Shown: piece by piece, positions 6,982 through 11,861 of the stretch | Layout: the number at the start of each line of letters is the position of its first letter | Numbering within the stretch: the stretch's first letter is position 1 | NCBI GenBank assembly: GCA_029555085.1 | Contig: JAKPTO010000046.1 | Coordinates: 1 to 11,861, forward strand | Reading direction: 5' to 3' | DNA length: 11,861 bases | Origin: a bacterium | Lineage (GTDB): Bacteria > Patescibacteriota > Patescibacteriia > UBA1558 > S5-K13 | Notes under the pieces: generated by a model | The model's input: only the letters and a program-made list of their open reading frames with translations | Database searches by the model: none | Told to the model about the DNA's origin: nothing | Translations under genes and position numbers: made by a program

Positions 6982-7383
6982 ATGAGTAAAAAAATTTTAT
7001 TAGTAGCTACTATTATTTTGGTTATTGGAGGATTATCATTCTATATTGGAATGAATTATGAAAAATCACGAAAACTAAATTTTTTGAAAAACAATAATTT
7101 TCAAGGGGATAGAAATTTTCAAGGTAATCAAAATGGACAAATGAGAAGAATTGGGCAAGATGGAGGATTTGTCGCAGGTTCAATAATTTCAAAAGACGAT
7201 AAAATTATAACAGTTAAACTAAATGACGGTGGATCAAAAATCGTATTTTTTGGAGATTCTACAAAAATAATTAAATCAGCAACAGGAACAGTAGCTGATT
7301 TAAATGTAAATACAAATGTGATGATAAATGGAATAATGAATTCTGATGGAAGTATAACTGCAGAAAATATACAAATTAGATAG
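6982..7383 (+). CDS. Membrane-anchored protein with DUF5666-like domain (ATG 6982 preferred over TTG 6958)
   Basis: N-terminal TM and an N/Q/G-rich linker, then GSIISKDDKIITVKLNDGGSKIVF...TKI...DLNVNTNVMING..NSDGSITAENIQIR. Aligns by eye with 2722..3213. Confidence 0.7.
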   Translation: MSKKILLVATIILVIGGLSFYIGMNYEKSRKLNFLKNNNFQGDRNFQGNQNGQMRRIGQDGGFVAGSIISKDDKIITVKLNDGGSKIVFFGDSTKIIKSATGTVADLNVNTNVMINGIMNSDGSITAENIQIR

Positions 7384-8002
7384 TTGCTTTTCTCAAAATT
7401 TTCAAAATAATTATTATAGGTATTTGAATTAAAATATTTGCGATAATTAAGCAAATTATAATTATTCCAAGAGAATTTATAAGACTCCATTTTACGAACA
7501 AAAGAACAAGAAGTGCTGGCCAAATATTTTTTATATCTTGAAAAGATGGACCCATCATTGCTCCAGAATTTAAGAGCAATAATACAAAAACAATACCCTG
7601 CCAGCTTAATAAATTTATTTGTGAAATGAAGTTGAATGATATTTTAAATATCTCTTTCCAGTTTGATGACGACTCAATTGTTATTAAATTATTAAGGACA
7701 AATTTATTAATTAAAAATATAAATAAAAACCCGCCAGCAATTGGCGCGAGAGATATCAACATTTGACCAATTATTGGAATTTTGGATTTTCTGTGTACAA
7801 CTTTGGGTTGTGCTGAAAATATTTCCATTTTTTCAATTTTAGCGCCAGTAAAAATACACATTATTGCATGAGAAGATTCGTGAATAAAAGCACCAAGAAA
7901 ATATAATATTCTCACAATTTTATAATTTAAGTATTTATTATTTAAAAGATTGCTAAAATATCCAAATATTGTAATTAAAATGATTATTATACCAATAGAC
8001 AT
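7376..8002 (-). CDS. Membrane zinc metallopeptidase, M50 (site-2 protease-like / M50B) family
   Basis: HExxH (FIHESSHA; 7882-7868) in a hydrophobic helix, followed by ISLAP and a distal GPSFQD acidic motif. Multiple TM segments. Confidence 0.7.
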   Translation of the reverse strand: MSIGIIIILITIFGYFSNLLNNKYLNYKIVRILYFLGAFIHESSHAIMCIFTGAKIEKMEIFSAQPKVVHRKSKIPIIGQMLISLAPIAGGFLFIFLINKFVLNNLITIESSSNWKEIFKISFNFISQINLLSWQGIVFVLLLLNSGAMMGPSFQDIKNIWPALLVLLFVKWSLINSLGIIIICLIIANILIQIPIIIILKILRKATI

Positions 8003-8044
8003 ATTTTTTAATAATAATTTATGACTTGTTAGTTATTTGATTTA

Positions 8045-8072
8045 ATAATATAATGAAGTTATAATAAGTCAA
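8045..8072 (-). promoter_or_regulatory. sigma70 promoter for the M50-like gene
   Basis: Minus strand reads TTGACT (8072-8067), 16 nt, TATTAT (8050-8045). Confidence 0.5.
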
Positions 8073-8090
8073 AATCTAATTTTAAGGGAC

Positions 8091-8119
8091 TTGACTTTAA
8101 TCTAATTATTTAATAACTT
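8091..8119 (+). promoter_or_regulatory. sigma70 promoter for the methyltransferase gene
   Basis: TTGACT (8091-8096), 17 nt, TAACTT (8114-8119). The ATG is at 8131. Confidence 0.5.
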
Positions 8120-8130
8120 AATTATACTAT

Positions 8131-8688
8131 ATGTTTCAAAAACAAGCAGGTGGCACTGAACTTCTAGACGCACAAAGGATTCTAGGAGATCATGCAAAAT
8201 TAGGATATGGAGACAAGGTCGCAGCATTAGGATGTGGCCCAAAGGCATATTTTACATTTCAAGCAGCGAGAATGGTTGGAGATAGAGGATTGGTATATGC
8301 TGTTGATATACTAAAAGATGTTTTGTCTTCTGTTGAAAGCCATGCAAAAACATACGGTTTAATGAATGTGAAAACCGTCTGGAGCAATTTGGAAGTATAT
8401 GGTGCAACAAATATTCCAGAGGGCTCATTGGATTTAGCAATGCTTGTAAATGTGTTGTTTGAATCAGCAGATGTTGTGCAAATGTTAAAAGAAGCCGTTA
8501 GATTGCTAAAACCAAGTGGAAAAATTCTTATTATTGACTGGAAAAACATAGGAGTGCCATTCGGACCAAAGATTAATAGGCGTGTTAATCCAAATCAAAT
8601 CAAGGAATATTTAGATGTTTTTGGACTAAAACTGGAGGAAGAGTTTGAGGCCGGTAAATACCACTTTGGAATGATTTATAAAAAGTAA
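8131..8688 (+). CDS. Class I SAM-dependent methyltransferase
   Basis: Motif I-like KVAALGCG, then GLVYAVDI, SLDLAMLVNVL and EAVRLLKPSGKILIIDW. Confidence 0.88.
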   Translation: MFQKQAGGTELLDAQRILGDHAKLGYGDKVAALGCGPKAYFTFQAARMVGDRGLVYAVDILKDVLSSVESHAKTYGLMNVKTVWSNLEVYGATNIPEGSLDLAMLVNVLFESADVVQMLKEAVRLLKPSGKILIIDWKNIGVPFGPKINRRVNPNQIKEYLDVFGLKLEEEFEAGKYHFGMIYKK

Positions 8689-8710
8689 TTTCTTTCAATA
8701 AATAAAAACT

Positions 8711-9127
8711 ATGGAATTAGTATATTTAAATTTCCAATATTTTTTTGACACTTATCCTCCAATTATAAAATCAAATACATTTTGGGCAATATTATTGGTG
8801 TCAGTATCTGCTATTGTAATTGCTTTTTTAATTAAATTTTTAATTTTTTGGAAACCAATTAAGCAATTTAAAAAAATAGATAAATATAGCAAGACGCTAT
8901 TTTTAAAGTTTTATCAGATATTTATTACATTTGGACTGATTAATTTATTGTTATTATTTTTTAGAAAAGCTCAGGTGCCGTATTTTCAAACAAGATTTTT
9001 AATGATTGTTTGGTGGATTTTTGTTTTTGTGTGGATTTGTAATGTATTGCAATATCACCTGACAAAAGTTCCAGCAAAAAGAATAGAAGACGCAAAAAGG
9101 AGAGAATATGAGAAATACATAAAATAA
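8711..9127 (+). CDS. Hypothetical integral membrane protein (about 3 TM, basic C-terminal tail)
   Basis: 138-aa ORF with three hydrophobic segments, 22 nt downstream of the methyltransferase and probably co-transcribed with it. Confidence 0.8.
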   Translation: MELVYLNFQYFFDTYPPIIKSNTFWAILLVSVSAIVIAFLIKFLIFWKPIKQFKKIDKYSKTLFLKFYQIFITFGLINLLLLFFRKAQVPYFQTRFLMIVWWIFVFVWICNVLQYHLTKVPAKRIEDAKRREYEKYIK

Positions 9128-9198
9128 TGATAAATTATAAATTCTGAATTTTATAGATAAATTTTAAAATTAATAAATTAAATAATTTTTCAAAACTA

Positions 9199-9233
9199 AT
9201 AGGGGGTCGCCAACTTGAGCGATTTTTTATTTT
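9199..9233 (+). terminator. Intrinsic terminator-like hairpin
   Basis: ATAGGGGGTCGC-caacttga-GCGATTTTTTAT. It has a TCGC/GCGA core extended by five G.U pairs and a U-rich 3' side. Confidence 0.6.
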
Positions 9234-9286
9234 GTAAATAAAATTTTGTTCTTAGTCCGCATTGTCATTAATTTTTAATAAATAAT

Positions 9287-9640
9287 ATGAAAAATTATAG
9301 ACAAAAAATAGGAAAAATTGGACAAAAAATTGCAAAAAATTATCTTATAAAAAGAGGATATACAATTATTGATGAAAATGTATATTTTAGATGCGGAGAA
9401 ATTGATATAATAGCTAAGAAAAATGACTCGTTGTTTTTTGTGGAGGTTAAAACTAGAGTGAATAATAAATTCGGTTATCCAGAGGACTCAGTTTCTGTGC
9501 AAAAATTAACTAAAATCGAAAATAGTATTTTATCATATATTGATCAAAAAGGGCTTAAAAATGCTTATTTTATGTTTGTAATAAGCATTTTTATTGATCT
9601 AAAAAATAATTTGATTAAGATTCGCAGCTTTGATATTTAA
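9287..9640 (+). CDS. yraN: YraN family (UPF0102) putative PD-(D/E)xK endonuclease
   Basis: GKIGQKIAKNYLIKRGYTIIDEN...GEIDIIAKK..LFFVEVKTR....GYPEDSV...KL. 117 aa. Confidence 0.92.
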   Translation: MKNYRQKIGKIGQKIAKNYLIKRGYTIIDENVYFRCGEIDIIAKKNDSLFFVEVKTRVNNKFGYPEDSVSVQKLTKIENSILSYIDQKGLKNAYFMFVISIFIDLKNNLIKIRSFDI

Positions 9641-9772
9641 TGATACTTGTTTATTTGTGTATTATACGATTTTATATTATGCAACTTTTTTGTTTTTTTT
9701 CAATATTGATTTTTTTAGTAGAAAGTATAAGGTATATGAACAAGGTTTCAATTTACTATTAAAATAAAAAAC

Positions 9773-10816
9773 ATGGCAAAAAAAGTAATTTTATTCTTGT
9801 CGACATTTTTGCTGTTTTTTTGTTTTGTTTCTGTGAAGGCGCAGGAAATGGAAAATACTGGAGCCACAAGCACTCCAGAATTAGCACCAGTTCCAATACT
9901 TATTGAGGAATCAGCAACATCAACAGATGTTCTTGCTTCCCCAATCTCCGAATCAGTAACAACAGAACAAAAAAATACAAAAACAATTCAAGATGAAGAA
10001 TTTTTAAAACAATGCTCTTTGTCAAAATGCAGAATTCCAATTCCAACACTGAAAGATCCGAATAATAAAAATTTTGATTTAGGTCAAAAAATTTATTTAA
10101 CAGGATTAACATGGAACAATACAATTATTGATGTCTATGTTGATGGACTTTATGTTGGAAATGCTGTTGTAAGAAATGATGAAAAATCAGATACCGCGAA
10201 TTTTTATTTAGAATTTGAAAACAATTTAAATACAGGAAGTCACAAGTGGTCTGTTATTGCTTGGTCTCTAAATAGAGGAAGTAGAAGTTTTGTTTCTGAT
10301 GAAAATATTTTTACAGTTTTAAAGGGAGAAGCTACTCAGACACAAATTCATGAACAGAAAACAGAAGCAACATCCACAACATCTACAAGTTCTATTTCAG
10401 AAGAAAAAGAAGTAATGGAGGTGATTTCTGAAGAGACAGATATTCCTGTTTCTGTTGATACTTCTGATATTCAAATAGGGGTAGAAGTTACATCCAGTGA
10501 AGAAAAAGATATGATTGTTGATATTACAGAAACAAAGTTGGAAGAAAATGTTAGCTCTACGGTTGAACAAAAAGAGATGCTTGTCGTGGAGAATTATTTG
10601 AAAAGCGAGGATAAATACGAAGAAGGCAAGGCGCTAGATTCTGAAACTGCAGAAATCGTTCAAAATGCAACACCAAGCGAAGAATTGAAACAAGAAATTC
10701 AGGAGGATATAGAAATAGATAATTCACAGGAGACTAAAAAGAAAACAGACCTAACGATTTTAGCTGCATTAGTAGTTTTCGTGGGATTATTCGTGATATT
10801 TTTTAGAAAAAAATAG
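9773..10816 (+). CDS. Secreted, C-terminally anchored surface protein with probable Ig-like domain and acidic S/T/E-rich stalk
   Basis: Signal peptide (...SVKA|QE). Beta-rich domain IYLTGLTWNNTIIDVYVDG...GSHKWSVIAW. Low-complexity acidic region, then a C-terminal hydrophobic helix plus RKK. Confidence 0.8.
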   Translation: MAKKVILFLSTFLLFFCFVSVKAQEMENTGATSTPELAPVPILIEESATSTDVLASPISESVTTEQKNTKTIQDEEFLKQCSLSKCRIPIPTLKDPNNKNFDLGQKIYLTGLTWNNTIIDVYVDGLYVGNAVVRNDEKSDTANFYLEFENNLNTGSHKWSVIAWSLNRGSRSFVSDENIFTVLKGEATQTQIHEQKTEATSTTSTSSISEEKEVMEVISEETDIPVSVDTSDIQIGVEVTSSEEKDMIVDITETKLEENVSSTVEQKEMLVVENYLKSEDKYEEGKALDSETAEIVQNATPSEELKQEIQEDIEIDNSQETKKKTDLTILAALVVFVGLFVIFFRKK

Positions 10817-10819
10817 TAA

Positions 10820-11284
10820 CTATTGATTTATTCCCCCATCTTTGAAGGTGGGGGATTTTTTATTTAGTAAGAAAAAGGAAAATATAATTCCAAATACTAT
10901 ATAAATATCCGATAAATTGAAAACTGGGAAAATCCAGATTACAAAAAAATCAATTACATATCCATATAAAATTCTATCTATTAAATTTGATATCGCTCCA
11001 ATTATTATAAGTCCTATAAAAAAGCACAGTGGGTATTTTTTATCTCGTGAGATTTTTTTAATTGATATTATTAAAAATATTATTATGATTATGGAGAGTA
11101 TAATTATAAAAATGTTGTAAAAAGCTATACCAAAAGCAATTCCATAGTTTTTATGAAATTCAAATCCGATTTGTGGAAATAAATAAACCCCATTTTGGGG
11201 GAGTTTATTTATTATAAAAATTTTTGAAGTTATGTCTAGCGCGAACAATAAAAATAAGATTGATATTGTTTTTATTTTATCCAT
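10820..11284 (-). CDS. lspA: Lipoprotein signal peptidase (signal peptidase II)
   Basis: Conserved motifs LDITSK, NYGIAFG, GAISNLIDRILYGYVIDF and PVFNLSDIYI (catalytic aspartates present). Confidence 0.95.
   Translation of the reverse strand: MDKIKTISILFLLFALDITSKIFIINKLPQNGVYLFPQIGFEFHKNYGIAFGIAFYNIFIIILSIIIIIFLIISIKKISRDKKYPLCFFIGLIIIGAISNLIDRILYGYVIDFFVIWIFPVFNLSDIYIVFGIIFSFFLLNKKSPTFKDGGINQ
10832..10865 (+). terminator. Strong intrinsic terminator for the 9773..10816 gene, inside the lspA 3' end
   Basis: TCCCCCATCT-ttga-AGGTGGGGGA followed by TTTTTTATTT, 15 nt after the stop at 10816. Confidence 0.8.
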
Positions 11285-11291
11285 TGCTTAA

Positions 11292-11654
11292 TTATATGGC
11301 TCTTTTTTTACACTCCATGCATTTTGATGCTGTTGGAAAAGCTAAACATCTTTCAGTTGGAATTTTTTTACCACAATTTTCACAAATACCATATGTTTTA
11401 TTTTTTATTCTAAGAAGTGCCTGATCTATTTTTTTAAGAGATTGTTCGTGGGTTTTTTCTAAATATAAATCACTTTCAAAATCAGCAACTTCGGATGCAT
11501 TATCATCTTCATGGTCGCCATAATTTGGGAATTTGGCATCGTATTCGTTTTCTATTTTTTCATTTTTTTCCGCAAAAGAATTTAATTCTTTTGTTAATTT
11601 TTCTTTTTCAAAAAGCAGGGTTTCTTTTATTTTTTCAAGTGTTTTTTTATCCAT
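11292..11654 (-). CDS. TraR/DksA-family C4 zinc-finger protein
   Basis: Coiled coil with acidic tip DHEDDNA, IDQALLRIKNKTYGIC, and CENC-x17-CMEC. Confidence 0.92.
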   Translation of the reverse strand: MDKKTLEKIKETLLFEKEKLTKELNSFAEKNEKIENEYDAKFPNYGDHEDDNASEVADFESDLYLEKTHEQSLKKIDQALLRIKNKTYGICENCGKKIPTERCLAFPTASKCMECKKRAI

Positions 11655-11683
11655 GTGTTTATGGGTAAATTTTTAATAAACTC

Positions 11684-11712
11684 ATTATAAGGTTAATAGG
11701 TTTAATTGTCAA
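11684..11712 (-). promoter_or_regulatory. Perfect-consensus sigma70 promoter for the TraR/DksA-lspA operon
   Basis: Minus strand reads TTGACA (11712-11707), 17 nt, TATAAT (11689-11684). Confidence 0.85.
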
Positions 11713-11767
11713 CGAATTTGGGTAATGTGCACACACATATTGCACTTTTGTGCTAATCTAGGGGCAT

Positions 11768-11861
11768 ATGTCAAAAACAATGCCAAAATCAACACAAGAA
11801 GAAAAATATAGATGGATAAAACCTATCTTAGATAAACATATTACTATTAAAAATCTATCTA
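11768..11861 (+). CDS. 5' fragment (runs off the window) of a probable HTH/DDE transposase, IS481-like
   Basis: The frame is open from ATG 11768 to the window end: MSKTMPKSTQEEKYRWIKPILDKHITIKNLS. From memory, this resembles the 'MPKTxxEExxRWxxPI' N-termini of CPR integrase-core/IS481-like transposases. A TGT-starting candidate end lies upstream at 11726. Confidence 0.5.
   Translation, partial: MSKTMPKSTQEEKYRWIKPILDKHITIKNLS

Noticed and set aside
1222-11424. Short antisense or alternate-frame ORFs (1222-1437, 2800-3015, 4255-4461, 4627-5055, 6529-6879, 7128-7523, 8252-8440, 8259-8549, 9900-10124, 10917-11120, 11224-11424)
   Set aside because: They are shadow ORFs lying opposite to or within well-supported genes, with no recognisable motifs.
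11741-11753. Reverse complement (GCACAAAAGTGCA) resembles the palindrome at 2277-2290 (GCACCAAAAGTGCA)
   Set aside because: Only 10 nt match exactly, which is expected by chance in 12 kb. The spacer differs and no CGTA follows at ECF spacing.
1-11861. CRISPR arrays, tRNA/rRNA genes, attC cassettes, alternative genetic code 25
   Set aside because: No regularly spaced repeats, cloverleaf or rRNA-like segments, or attC-type ends were seen. All long ORFs are intact under code 11 with no in-frame TGA.

Overview
An AT-rich bacterial window (spot counts about 28% GC outside the first gene), read with standard code 11. The gene repertoire and the near-absence of Shine-Dalgarno motifs suggest Patescibacteria/CPR, probably Parcubacteria; this is an inference, not a database result. 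From left to right it holds: a GC-richer secreted beta-rich orphan divergent from a TrmB-family regulator; a compact cluster of ECF sigma factor, putative membrane anti-sigma, DUF5666-like protein, extra-long membrane fusion protein, MacB/LolD-type ATPase, MacB-type permease and a second DUF5666-like protein, with no TolC; a convergent HExxH (M50-like) membrane protease; a SAM methyltransferase; a membrane protein; YraN; an anchored surface protein; a TraR/DksA-lspA pair; and the truncated start of a probable IS481-like transposase that is missing from the ORF track. Several near-perfect sigma70 promoters are visible. The best candidate for a novel system is the ECF/Mac-like envelope module. 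Its apparent ECF-type promoter (TGCACC-N17-CGTA) lies after the sigma gene and would drive the anti-sigma and transporter, not the sigma itself. The second candidate is the TrmB divergon, with two GTCAA-N7-TTGAC-type operators and a compositionally foreign, SD-bearing partner gene.
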